The notes under the pieces are model-generated. The model did no database searches, was not told where the DNA came from, and saw nothing but the letters and a program-made list of their open reading frames with translations. Positions 1-8,868 of a stretch of 64,000 bases of DNA are shown piece by piece (within the stretch, counting starts at the first letter, position 1; each line of letters opens with the position of its first letter). The stretch lies in IMG/VR virus record IMGVR_UViG_3300049792_000048, positions 64,001 through 128,000 of that record, one strand, 5' to 3'. The stretch is from a virus (lineage: Duplodnaviria; Caudoviricetes). The position numbers were made by a program, and so were the translations under genes.

Positions 1-527
1 AGCCCCTGGACCATCGTGCGGCCGGATACACCAACGAGCTCACCGTACAGGTTGCGAAGGGGGAAGGTCACACGAGCCATCGTGTGGTCGACCCCGACCT
101 CGAAGTGCCGGAGCGTACGCTCCTTGAAGCCGGCTCGGTAGAGGGTTTCAGGCCTCAGACGCCACCCATCCAGAATCTCGTCGTCCAGGACGAACTTGCC
201 TCGAAACGGGTTCGCTCCTGTGAAGATGGAGTGGGCGCTCTTGCCATCTCCGTACTCGCTGTAGTCGTAGCTGATCTTCTCCACCACCGACTTCGCGATG
301 TCGGTGGGAGCTCCTACCTGACGTAGGAACTTGCTGATGTGCCCGGCGACGCTGCAACCGTGGCAGAAGAATACCGGCTTCACCCGGGACACAGAGCACG
401 ACGGAGTACGCTCAAGACCGCCGCCGTGGAACGGGCAGCGGACCATCACGTAGTTGGTCGAGAGGACTGCACCTGCGAGAGACTGCGGAGCTAGCTCCCG
501 CAGGACGTCTTCAATGCTCTGCGGCAT
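1..527 (-). CDS. DNA primase, DnaG-like (N-terminal part, runs off window; not in ORF track)
   Basis: Manual translation from ATG 527: MPQSIEDVL...VRCPFHGGG..TPSCSV..FFCHGC (CHC2 zinc finger) ...RVTFPLRNLYGELVGVSGR (DnaG catalytic N-terminal motif). Overlaps the helicase stop. Confidence 0.88.
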   Translation of the reverse strand, partial: MPQSIEDVLRELAPQSLAGAVLSTNYVMVRCPFHGGGLERTPSCSVSRVKPVFFCHGCSVAGHISKFLRQVGAPTDIAKSVVEKISYDYSEYGDGKSAHSIFTGANPFRGKFVLDDEILDGWRLRPETLYRAGFKERTLRHFEVGVDHTMARVTFPLRNLYGELVGVSGRTMVQG

Positions 528-2058
528 CTACTTCCTCTTCCTCACCATTGCCTCCCAGCGCTTCGGGACGGATGAGCTTGACTGACGGGAGGCCTGGGTT
601 CGCATCGGCCAACTTCTTCTTCATCCCGCTGTTCGCACGGTTCCCGAAGTTCTTCGGCTGTCCCCGCTTCGCTGCTTCAGCATCGGAGGCCTCTTTCTCG
701 GCCGTTGCTTCTGCATCCTCTTCCGAAGCGAGCATCGACAACAACTTCTTCTTGGTTCCTGGGAGGATCGGCTCGATCTCCCCGAAGTTGTTGCAGGGCT
801 CGTTGTGGATGATGACGCCCTCACATTCGGTCTCACGACCGCCGAGGACGTACAGAGCGGAGCGATCTCCACTCTTTCGCTTCGCTGTGATGACGCGGAG
901 AGCCATGTCGCAGTCCTGCGCGATGGCATCCGAGTATCCGAGGTTGGCCAGCGTTCCGACCTTCTCTTCCGCGTCACGGTTGAGCTGGTGCGTTCCGATG
1001 AGCGCAACTTCATGCTCCATCGCCATGTCCTTCAACAGTCGGCTGACGGAGGTCAACGCTTTCCAGTCCGAGTCGTACTTTTGCCCGCCCGTCACACCGA
1101 GGCGGTAGAACGAGTCGACAATGACGACGTGAGGGCGGTGCTCCTTGATCTTCGCCTCGATGAACGTCACCGGTTGTCCGGTGGCCTTCGTGACGATGAA
1201 CGCGCCCTGGCTGCCCGGTGCCTGGATCGCAGAAGCTTCATCCGTGTAGGACGTGAAGTCGGGATCGAGCGAGCCCTGAAGCTCGTCGAGGAACATGCCG
1301 ATGATGTCGAAGAGCTGCTGCTCCTCGAACTCGTCGAGCTCGCCCTTCTTGAACTGGCTGTAGTGGACCTCCGCGAGGAAGGCCATGAACCGCAACATGA
1401 TCTGTCGCGGAGGCATCTCAGGCGAGATGAACAGGATGCGCAGCTTGTGGTAACGCATCATGTACGCTGCGATGTAGAGGGCGACGAAGGTCTTCCTCGA
1501 CTTCGGGCGTCCCGAGATGATGTAGAACTCTCCGGCGTGCAGGCCTTGGGTGGAGTCGTTCAACCCCTTCCATGGCCATGGGAGGCCTTGCTTGAGGATC
1601 GTCTTGTTGCTGTAGTCCTCCAAGATCTCGAAAGCGGACTCGTGGAAGTCCATGTCGCGGCTCGACCCCGCGTCCTTCATGATCTCGTCGAACTCGGCTC
1701 GGACGATGCGGAGTTCACCAATGGGGTCGATGGCATCCATGGCCGCGACCATCTTCTCGGTGAGGGCTTGGATGCTCAGCTTTGTCCGGTACGACCTGGC
1801 CTCGTACACGAGAGCAGGTAGGTCGATGGTTTCTGCGGTCTCCGGCAGGTTGATGTGCTGGAAACGTTCCTTGATGACGGACATCGCCGGAACGTGTCCC
1901 TGGCCATCGGTGATCTGTCGGTAATGCGAGAGGAAGTCGAACAGCGACTCCGAGCCCGCGTCTGTGCAGTGCTCCTTGCGGAACTCTCCGCGGTGAATCG
2001 GACCGATGTCACCGACCTTGATCATGGCGGCGATGAGCTCAAGAGCGATCGTTGACAC
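511..2058 (-). CDS. Replicative DNA helicase, DnaB/SF4 family
   Basis: Walker A SGRPKSRKT, SPEM, Walker B VVIVDS, HQLNR, YSDAIAQDCD; adjacent to primase. Confidence 0.9.
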   Translation of the reverse strand: MSTIALELIAAMIKVGDIGPIHRGEFRKEHCTDAGSESLFDFLSHYRQITDGQGHVPAMSVIKERFQHINLPETAETIDLPALVYEARSYRTKLSIQALTEKMVAAMDAIDPIGELRIVRAEFDEIMKDAGSSRDMDFHESAFEILEDYSNKTILKQGLPWPWKGLNDSTQGLHAGEFYIISGRPKSRKTFVALYIAAYMMRYHKLRILFISPEMPPRQIMLRFMAFLAEVHYSQFKKGELDEFEEQQLFDIIGMFLDELQGSLDPDFTSYTDEASAIQAPGSQGAFIVTKATGQPVTFIEAKIKEHRPHVVIVDSFYRLGVTGGQKYDSDWKALTSVSRLLKDMAMEHEVALIGTHQLNRDAEEKVGTLANLGYSDAIAQDCDMALRVITAKRKSGDRSALYVLGGRETECEGVIIHNEPCNNFGEIEPILPGTKKKLLSMLASEEDAEATAEKEASDAEAAKRGQPKNFGNRANSGMKKKLADANPGLPSVKLIRPEALGGNGEEEEVDAAEH

Positions 2059-2085
2059 TCACGGGCCTCCGTTTTTGGGGAAGGG

Positions 2086-2099
2086 CATCTTGTTGATCG
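2086..2099 (-). promoter_or_regulatory. Variant of phage early/middle promoter motif (CGATCAACAAGATG)
   Basis: Resembles the CTATCA..AGATG motif; sits just upstream of the GGAGG RBS of the helicase. Confidence 0.4.
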
Positions 2100-2178
2100 T
2101 CCCCGCCAACCGCAAGGCCTTCGTGAGCACCACCACCCGTAGTGATGGTCACGTCACGCATGGCACAGGCGGCAGCGG

Positions 2179-3216
2179 CTAGAAGACGAGGCGGTAGAGG
2201 ACGGCGCCGGCGATGGCTCCGACCTCATAACTCTCGTCTCGGTTGGTATACGAGGCGCAGGCCTCGGTGATTGTCTCGAAGATGTCGAGCGCGGTGTGTG
2301 ACCGGTTTTGGGACCGGTAGGTGTCTCGGCACAGGTCGATGAAGTCCTTCCTGGACAGACACGACGCGAGGAGGCGCTCCATGGAGGCCACAGCATCGTC
2401 ATCATTCAAGTAGGACTTCGAGGCGAGCATCGGGATCTTCGTTGCCATATCGGTCCAGGAGGCAGCGCACTTCTCGAACGCTTCCTTGAACTTGGCAGGG
2501 AGGTCGACCTTGCCACGGTGGATTCTCCGCAGCACGGCTTGGCTCTCGATGACGACGGGCACCCCGTACGCTCGAACGATGAGCGAGGGGATCACCCACA
2601 ACGAGGTGTACCCGACCTCACTGTTCTTCACGACAGCACCCGGGTACGCGAAGAACTTCGTGTTGGGGATCGTGATTGGGGTCGGGGAAACGATGTATGC
2701 ATAGAACGCCCGGTCGGTGATGCCACTGGCATACCGCAGAGCCATCGAGGTGTCGGGGATGGTTTCGACCACCGCCTTCATGATCTCGGTGTTGGGGATG
2801 TCTGCATACTCTCGGCTCACCAAGCCACGGATGAGCTTCGCAGGGAAGACATCGTCAGCCGCGCTTTGGGTGCGGAAGTTGTAGTTGCTCAGCCCATGGA
2901 GACGAGCGTTGAGCTCATCGGCTTGGCGTTCGAGCCCGACGAGACTGAACCACTTCTCTTTCGTTCCCAATAGGGAAAGAAGTTGCGAGCGGCTCCAGCG
3001 CGTGAAGATGTACTTGTCCTCCCGCTTGGTGTCGGTATCCCGATCGCGCTCGATTGCAGCCCCGACCACGTCCTGCTCTTCCTCGCCAAGAAGCGTGGAG
3101 AGCAGGATCGGCTCGAAGCGCAGGCTGTGACTTTCACTGCTGACGTCGTAGATGAGGTCGGGAAGATGAAGAGCAGCGTCGGCGTCGACGTTACCCTTGA
3201 GTTCCGTCAGGCTCAT
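2179..3216 (-). CDS. Hypothetical protein, DUF932-like (start moved to ATG 3216)
   Basis: IRGLVSREYADIPN and G..VKNSEVGYTSL resemble DUF932/TIGR03299 phage proteins; start overlaps the upstream ORF end. Confidence 0.55.
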   Translation of the reverse strand: MSLTELKGNVDADAALHLPDLIYDVSSESHSLRFEPILLSTLLGEEEQDVVGAAIERDRDTDTKREDKYIFTRWSRSQLLSLLGTKEKWFSLVGLERQADELNARLHGLSNYNFRTQSAADDVFPAKLIRGLVSREYADIPNTEIMKAVVETIPDTSMALRYASGITDRAFYAYIVSPTPITIPNTKFFAYPGAVVKNSEVGYTSLWVIPSLIVRAYGVPVVIESQAVLRRIHRGKVDLPAKFKEAFEKCAASWTDMATKIPMLASKSYLNDDDAVASMERLLASCLSRKDFIDLCRDTYRSQNRSHTALDIFETITEACASYTNRDESYEVGAIAGAVLYRLVF

Positions 3217-3517
3217 CAGACGTCTGGCCGGTATTTCCCAGGGACTCGCCGATTCCACGCGGTCCTCCGATCGCTGAGGGTAGAGCGCCGTCCGTGGGCG
3301 ACGCGAAGTGCATACCCTCCGCACGCTTGCGGAGGATATCCAAGAGCTCGTTGGCCTTGAGGCTGATCTCGGATTCGTTGTCGAGCGGAACGCCGTGCCG
3401 CATGATGCCGTGCACAACTCCATCTTCGTCGACGAACTGAATCTCGTAGGTCAGTGAGGTGTTCTCGATGGTGGCCTTCGTGACTCCGACGCGAGACCCT
3501 TTGTATCCGGAGTTCAT
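3191..3517 (-). CDS. Hypothetical protein
   Basis: ATGA overlap with the upstream gene; phage-like codon usage. Confidence 0.6.
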   Translation of the reverse strand: MNSGYKGSRVGVTKATIENTSLTYEIQFVDEDGVVHGIMRHGVPLDNESEISLKANELLDILRKRAEGMHFASPTDGALPSAIGGPRGIGESLGNTGQTSDEPDGTQG

Positions 3518-3885
3518 TCCTCTCGAAGCCCCAAGGTCTTGCGGTGCGCCTTCAGGCCCTCGAAAGCTTTCAGGATCGCTTCCTCGTTGAGGATGGTACA
3601 CTCGGCCATCGTCGCGTCGGCGGCGGACTTGATGGAGAGCTCGTGCTGGTCGCAGGCAACTTCGATGCTGGTCGAGACCTGGATCGAGCTGTAGCCGGGA
3701 CCCCCGATCTTCTCGGAGATCTCACGACGAACACGAGCGAGCTTGTTGCCTGCGGTCAGCGAGGCGAACTTGTCGGTGGACATGTACAGGTCTTTCTCGG
3801 TCAAGTAGGACTTCGAGCAGAGCTCCTCGATGGGCTCTCCCTCGACATCCCACACTTCGACCAACTGGATGATCTCGTAGCTCAC
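3514..3885 (-). CDS. Hypothetical protein
   Basis: Coupled by 4-bp overlaps on both sides within the operon. Confidence 0.6.
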   Translation of the reverse strand: MSYEIIQLVEVWDVEGEPIEELCSKSYLTEKDLYMSTDKFASLTAGNKLARVRREISEKIGGPGYSSIQVSTSIEVACDQHELSIKSAADATMAECTILNEEAILKAFEGLKAHRKTLGLREE

Positions 3886-4301
3886 CGCTGGAAGATCGAC
3901 GGCGGCTTCGGGCCACCGGAAATGCGGGGAGTGCCAGAACCGACGACGGCCTCTTCGACCGAGCGATCGATCAGGCCCTTCTCGACGGCTTCCTCGAACC
4001 TCTTGCTGTCGACGCTCTCGACGGTCTTCACGAACGGGTCGGCCTTCTTGCCGAGGCTCTTGCGAAGGGCTTCCACGTCGTAGATGCGTGGCACCGAGAT
4101 CGTGAACGAGCTGAACTTCTTGCCGACCGTGGCGGCGTTGTCACGCAGCTCGTTCTTCAGAACTTCGAGTGACTCGGACAGGCTGACGGCGAGATGGTCG
4201 TGCTCGTCGAGGACGTCCGTGTGCTGCAAGCGGAACGCCTCGTACGTGGCGAGTGAGCTTTCGTATGCCGCCTGAGCGGCGTACAGGGACTGTCGGGACA
4301 T
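3882..4301 (-). CDS. Hypothetical protein (start ATG 4301, MSRQSLY)
   Basis: TGATG coupling to the UDG stop; helical N-terminus. Confidence 0.6.
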   Translation of the reverse strand: MSRQSLYAAQAAYESSLATYEAFRLQHTDVLDEHDHLAVSLSESLEVLKNELRDNAATVGKKFSSFTISVPRIYDVEALRKSLGKKADPFVKTVESVDSKRFEEAVEKGLIDRSVEEAVVGSGTPRISGGPKPPSIFQR

Positions 4302-5026
4302 CAGGAACCTCTCATCGTGGCGTGCTCGTTCTGCAAGACGAACTCCGCGGTGTCGTGAGCACGGCGCAGGGTTCGGATCGCAACGTTGTGCGGACCGTGT
4401 GCAGCTGTGCTCGGGTTGTTGATGATGGCGAACATGTCGGGGATCGCGAACACCGGGTACGTCAGGTCGTGGTAACGACCCTTTCCCCGAATGTTCCCGT
4501 CGGTGTGGTCTTCCGCAGTGGCTGCCGGAAGCATCGACATGAACTGCTTGCCGACGACCTCCGAGAACTTGGGGAGTCGACCGCGGACCATGGACTTCGT
4601 GGCAACCTCTCCGAGAGTGATGATTGCGCGTGGGTCGACCTGGTAGAGGATTTCGTAGAGCCGGGGACGGCATGCCACGACTTCATCTTTGCCAGGAGCT
4701 CGACCCTCGACACGTTCATCTTCGGTATCCGTCGCCGGGATGAAGACCTTCGGACGACACGCCACGGTGTACGTGAAGTGGCAATCCGCCAAGGAGATGC
4801 CGACCTCCTTCATCAACGCGAAGAGGAGGTCACCTTCATCACCAGAAAAGAGACCGTTGAAGATCTCGTCGCTGTCCGTCGGCACTGAGCCGACGATGAG
4901 GTACTTCGCGGGAGTCGTTCCGTGGCTGAAGAAGATGCCGGGCCCGTTGCGCGTTGTATGGAGCCCGCAGCGAGTGCACCCGTGCCACTCTGCTGCGAGC
5001 ACCTTCAGGCGATGACTCGGAGTCAT
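4301..5026 (-). CDS. Uracil-DNA glycosylase family 4-like protein with degenerate active site
   Basis: CTRCGL, TVACRP and VACRPRL (Fe-S cysteines), IITLGEVA. The GE-x-PG motif reads GSVPT and the C-terminal HP motif is absent. Confidence 0.8.
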   Translation of the reverse strand: MTPSHRLKVLAAEWHGCTRCGLHTTRNGPGIFFSHGTTPAKYLIVGSVPTDSDEIFNGLFSGDEGDLLFALMKEVGISLADCHFTYTVACRPKVFIPATDTEDERVEGRAPGKDEVVACRPRLYEILYQVDPRAIITLGEVATKSMVRGRLPKFSEVVGKQFMSMLPAATAEDHTDGNIRGKGRYHDLTYPVFAIPDMFAIINNPSTAAHGPHNVAIRTLRRAHDTAEFVLQNEHATMRGS

Positions 5027-5487
5027 CCGGGAATCACGAGCTGCGGCGTCGCGACCTTCACCTTCGGCGGCGCGATGATCTGCATGAGGAGGGCCGCCAT
5101 CAGCTTCTGGAACGGCTCGGCCTGCTCACGCACGAAGATCCACGAAGGACACTGCGCACCGACATGGATGTCGAGCGGCGTGATCATGTCGTAGGGGAGC
5201 ACGAGCTTCGGCCCCTGGAGAACACGGGTCTGACCAGAAGCATCCGGCTTGTCGAAGCCGACGGACCCGATGTAGCTGAACGTCCCGAAGAGCATGAACG
5301 GCTTGACGTTGATGTCCTTCTCCGCATCGGGATGGATGAACCCGATCATGCGTGATGGCGTTGTCCAGGGGAGAAAGAGAAGGTGTTTCATCCAGCTCAG
5401 CTCACGGTCGAGCGGGTCGAACTTGAGGACGATCTCGGTGGATTCGGGGTGGGTGAGCGTGACTGAGGGGGAATCGTCGTTGTCCAT
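5023..5487 (-). CDS. Hypothetical protein (start ATG 5487)
   Basis: Starts 2 nt after the helicase stop and overlaps the UDG start. Confidence 0.6.
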   Translation of the reverse strand: MDNDDSPSVTLTHPESTEIVLKFDPLDRELSWMKHLLFLPWTTPSRMIGFIHPDAEKDINVKPFMLFGTFSYIGSVGFDKPDASGQTRVLQGPKLVLPYDMITPLDIHVGAQCPSWIFVREQAEPFQKLMAALLMQIIAPPKVKVATPQLVIPG

Positions 5488-5489
5488 GT

Positions 5490-6884
5490 TCACTTGTCCT
5501 TGAAACGTATGCGCCCGCCTTTGTGGGCGGGCCAGTTGCTCAAGCGGCGGCGGATGGCCCGACACAACTTGAACATCGCCTCGATGAGCGAGTCCTCGTA
5601 GAACACCACGACTGGCTCCTTCTTGCCAACGTAGATGCGCAAGATGCGCCCCATCGTCTGCTGAAGGATTGCGTCCTTGCGGAAGGGCTCGCAGACGTAG
5701 AGCGTATCGAGGCTCGGTTTGTTCAGCGCCTGCTTTCCGAGGCGCATGATCGCAATCACAGGATTCATTGTCTTGATACGGCGAAGGCGTTCCTTTTCCC
5801 CAACGCCTCCATGACACACGCCAGCCGTAGGGAGTTTCGCGTGTAGGGCGTCGCACATCGCACGGCTGTGCGTGAGGATGAGGATCTGTCGACCCTCCTT
5901 CATCGCTGCCTTCACGTCCTCTGCGATCTTGCTGACACGCGCATCGATCGTCGAGAAGTAGTCGTAGAGCCGACCGAAGTGCAGAGCTCGCGTCGAGTCG
6001 TGCGTCTTCTGAACGATATCTTCGTCGCTGAGGTCGAGCGTTGTCGGCAACTTCCTGAAGTACACGAAGGGCATGAGAGCCGGCTTCAGGTACCGGTACA
6101 CGACGTTGCCGAATGTGTAGCTGAGCAGAGAGTCGAACCCGTCCTCGCGGGAAGGAGTCGCGCTCAAGCCGATGCGACGGCCATGAAACGGAGGGACCGC
6201 CAAGTTGAAGAAGGGGGCGGCCATGAGGTGCGCTTCATCGCAGATGATTGTCCCGAAGTAGTGCGTCATCTCAGGAGGAAGCGTTCCGTCCTGCACCCGT
6301 AGAGCGATCGTGTTCACGATTGCGATCGTGATCTTCGTGTTCTTCCACACGAATGGGGAACGGTCACCGCCGATGCGTCCGATCTCCTTCTCCGGGATGC
6401 CGAGGAACTGTTCGATCTCGTCCACCCACTGCTTGGCGAGACCCTTGTCCTGCACGATGACGAGGATGGGGTGCTGGAAGGCCGCAGCAACATGAAGTGC
6501 CACGACAGTCTTACCTGCCCCACACCGCAGCGTGAGGATGCCATCGTAGGTCTGGAAGAGAGCAGCCGCAGCTTCGCGCTGGAAGGTCTGCGTGGAATCT
6601 TGGAAGTCGAGCACGACGTTGCTGTTGAACGTGACACGCGGGAAGTTGGTGAAGCGCGCGTCGTACACCTTGTATGGGAGCTTGGTGAACGCTCCCCAGG
6701 ACAAAAAGTTACGAGGCACCTTGAAGTGGCTCGGCATCTCGACGTACGTCTCGATCAACTCACCAGTCCTGGGGATGAAGTACTGGAGCGCCGCCTTGAG
6801 TTGGGCGTCGCTCCAGTACTTCTTCGGGAGCCAGAGGTGCGTGTCGAGGTACGCGGCCTCGGGGTCGCGAAGAAGAAACTCCAT
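5490..6884 (-). CDS. Superfamily 2 DEAH helicase (XPB/UvsW-like)
   Basis: CGAGKT, DEAH, LSATP and QTMGRILR motifs. Confidence 0.9.
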   Translation of the reverse strand: MEFLLRDPEAAYLDTHLWLPKKYWSDAQLKAALQYFIPRTGELIETYVEMPSHFKVPRNFLSWGAFTKLPYKVYDARFTNFPRVTFNSNVVLDFQDSTQTFQREAAAALFQTYDGILTLRCGAGKTVVALHVAAAFQHPILVIVQDKGLAKQWVDEIEQFLGIPEKEIGRIGGDRSPFVWKNTKITIAIVNTIALRVQDGTLPPEMTHYFGTIICDEAHLMAAPFFNLAVPPFHGRRIGLSATPSREDGFDSLLSYTFGNVVYRYLKPALMPFVYFRKLPTTLDLSDEDIVQKTHDSTRALHFGRLYDYFSTIDARVSKIAEDVKAAMKEGRQILILTHSRAMCDALHAKLPTAGVCHGGVGEKERLRRIKTMNPVIAIMRLGKQALNKPSLDTLYVCEPFRKDAILQQTMGRILRIYVGKKEPVVVFYEDSLIEAMFKLCRAIRRRLSNWPAHKGGRIRFKDK

Positions 6885-7471
6885 CAGTCCTCGTCATCCT
6901 TGTGAGGGAAGATATCCACGTGCTGCGTGAAGTCGTGGGTGTGCCATCCGAATGCGTTCAACGCACCCTGGAGCACGTTCTTGCCGAGACGCAGAAGCCA
7001 GTTCTCGTTCTTCTTCGGCAGGAATGTCGGTGAGTGCATGCCAGGACGCGTCGGTGTCAGGACTCGCGGCGTGTTGAGGTGCGGGTTCGTGCTCTCGGGC
7101 GTGATGATTGTCGCAGGTCCGCCCAGAGGCTTCTGCGGCAAGCTGGTCGGAGCTCCGAGAGAGGTCATCGGGCGAGGTCCGCCGACGAAGTTGACGCTCG
7201 ACCGCGGCATCATCGGGAGATGCGTCGTCTGCGTTGCTCGCTGGCGAGCATCACTGAGGACGCGTTCGTTCTTCGCCTTTCGACACTCCTCTTTCGATGG
7301 GCACGGTGCCCACAGTCGGCCTTCGCCATCGTCTCCTGTGACGATGCCTCCGCTGCACAGTGCTGCGGTCTCGGAAGTGCCGGGCGCCTCGTAGGTGCCC
7401 CAGCTATTGCAGTTCATCGGCTTGCCTGCCGGACTCTCGTCTCCACCTACCAGACCTTCTACGTTCGACAT
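6884..7471 (-). CDS. Hypothetical protein, Cys-containing N-terminus, Pro-rich
   Basis: Strong AAGGAGG RBS; first gene of the replication operon. Confidence 0.65.
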   Translation of the reverse strand: MSNVEGLVGGDESPAGKPMNCNSWGTYEAPGTSETAALCSGGIVTGDDGEGRLWAPCPSKEECRKAKNERVLSDARQRATQTTHLPMMPRSSVNFVGGPRPMTSLGAPTSLPQKPLGGPATIITPESTNPHLNTPRVLTPTRPGMHSPTFLPKKNENWLLRLGKNVLQGALNAFGWHTHDFTQHVDIFPHKDDED

Positions 7472-7486
7472 AAACCTCCTTCTTCT

Positions 7487-7501
7487 TCATCTTCCTGATA
7501 G
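7487..7501 (-). promoter_or_regulatory. Putative phage early/middle promoter CTATCAGGAAGATGA
   Basis: Exact 15-bp copy at 34296-34310 (upstream of gyrB); related motifs head the other - strand units. Confidence 0.65.
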
Positions 7502-7505
7502 CGGA

Positions 7506-7535
7506 TTGACCGCCCCACCTTTGCCGCCGTACTCT
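7506..7535 (+). promoter_or_regulatory. sigma70-like promoter, leaderless
   Basis: TTGACC-N18-TACTCT, ATG 7 nt downstream, no SD. Confidence 0.65.
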
Positions 7536-7542
7536 TGACCCC

Positions 7543-8847
7543 ATGCACCTGTCTGATGTGGTCCTCGACATCTACGATGATCCGACGGCAATGGTCCTGC
7601 GGGCCAAGCTCGCCGGGCAGGAGCTCCCTCCGGTGCTCAGCGACTCGACGCTGCTCGATCCGGCCGATCTCGCCGTGCTTCCGGACCGTCTCTTCGCCCT
7701 CGTCGCCACGAACGGCGACGGAGTCGTTCGCAAGTACGCGATGCACGATGGCGCTCACGTCACGACGTCGATCGTCTACTTCCTGGAGAAGGGTCACCTC
7801 CTCCCCGAGACGATGCAGAAGAGTGCCGCCCGCAATCTCATCGCGGCGTGTCAGTGGTACGACCTCCAACCGCCCGACGAGCTCGTGAAGCGTGCCAGCG
7901 TGATCGATGCCGCCTTCGGAGCTCTCGACGTGAAGAGTCGCATGGAGGGCGCGCACGCCCAATCGAAGGCGAACATGGACGGCTTCCGGGCGGCGCAGGC
8001 TGGGATGTCCTCAGACATGCAGAAGCGTGCAGACCTGAACGGCACCGAGATGATGCCGATGTCAGGTTCGATCTCGACACTGCCAGCTCCTCGAAGTACG
8101 GCGAAGGGGAGCTCCAGCTCTTCGAGCTCGAAGCAGGGAGCCTGGGAGCACGCCGGGGACCTCACCTCGCATCGCCCGGTCGACAAGACCGCACAGCCCG
8201 TGTCGAAGTACGCGATGCCGTCCACGCATCGCTACCCCATCGACTCGTATGGAGATGTGAAGACCGCGGCGGCATACTTCGATGAGAACTGGGAGAAGTT
8301 CGAGCTCGACGACCGTCGCGAGTTCGCCGTCCACGTCTCGAATCGCCTGGAGGAGCTCGGTCTTCCGGTCGACGGCTTCATCGCGAAGTACGCCGGCCAC
8401 GAGTACGGCCCGAACATCGACGTCGAGCTCATGGCCCGCGTCCACAACTTCGAGGGTACCGGCCACGAGGCCGTCTACCAGGTCATGCTGGAGAAGCGGG
8501 CTTCCACGCCTGCCCACGTGATGGTCGAGATGCTGTACGAAGCAGACCTCGCCACCGGGGCCTCGGCGAAGTACGATGCCTCCCTCGGATTCCGTGATCC
8601 TTTCCAAGCCGTCTTCGGAAAGGTCGCGGAGAACAAGACGATGTGGTCCTGGTCGGAGGGCAACGAGTACGTCAACGACACGATGTTGACGGACCTCGCG
8701 GTCAACCGGTACCAGAGCCTCGATCGAGCTTTCGGAATGGACGTCCGGAAGAGCTTCCAAAAAGACCCCATCGGGACCTTCGTCTCGATGCCGGACCCGC
8801 AGAAAATCGTCATCGCGCGTCTCGCCGCGGACGATTCCAAGAGCTGA
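7543..8847 (+). CDS. Virion head-associated protein with two DUF6582-like repeats and KxA sites
   Basis: LPDRLFAL..RKYAMHDGAHV and RYPIDSYGDVKTAAAYF repeats; KRA, KTA and KVA motifs in linkers. Confidence 0.6.
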   Translation: MHLSDVVLDIYDDPTAMVLRAKLAGQELPPVLSDSTLLDPADLAVLPDRLFALVATNGDGVVRKYAMHDGAHVTTSIVYFLEKGHLLPETMQKSAARNLIAACQWYDLQPPDELVKRASVIDAAFGALDVKSRMEGAHAQSKANMDGFRAAQAGMSSDMQKRADLNGTEMMPMSGSISTLPAPRSTAKGSSSSSSSKQGAWEHAGDLTSHRPVDKTAQPVSKYAMPSTHRYPIDSYGDVKTAAAYFDENWEKFELDDRREFAVHVSNRLEELGLPVDGFIAKYAGHEYGPNIDVELMARVHNFEGTGHEAVYQVMLEKRASTPAHVMVEMLYEADLATGASAKYDASLGFRDPFQAVFGKVAENKTMWSWSEGNEYVNDTMLTDLAVNRYQSLDRAFGMDVRKSFQKDPIGTFVSMPDPQKIVIARLAADDSKS

Positions 8848-8868
8848 GCGAGTCGAGGAGAGAGCACC

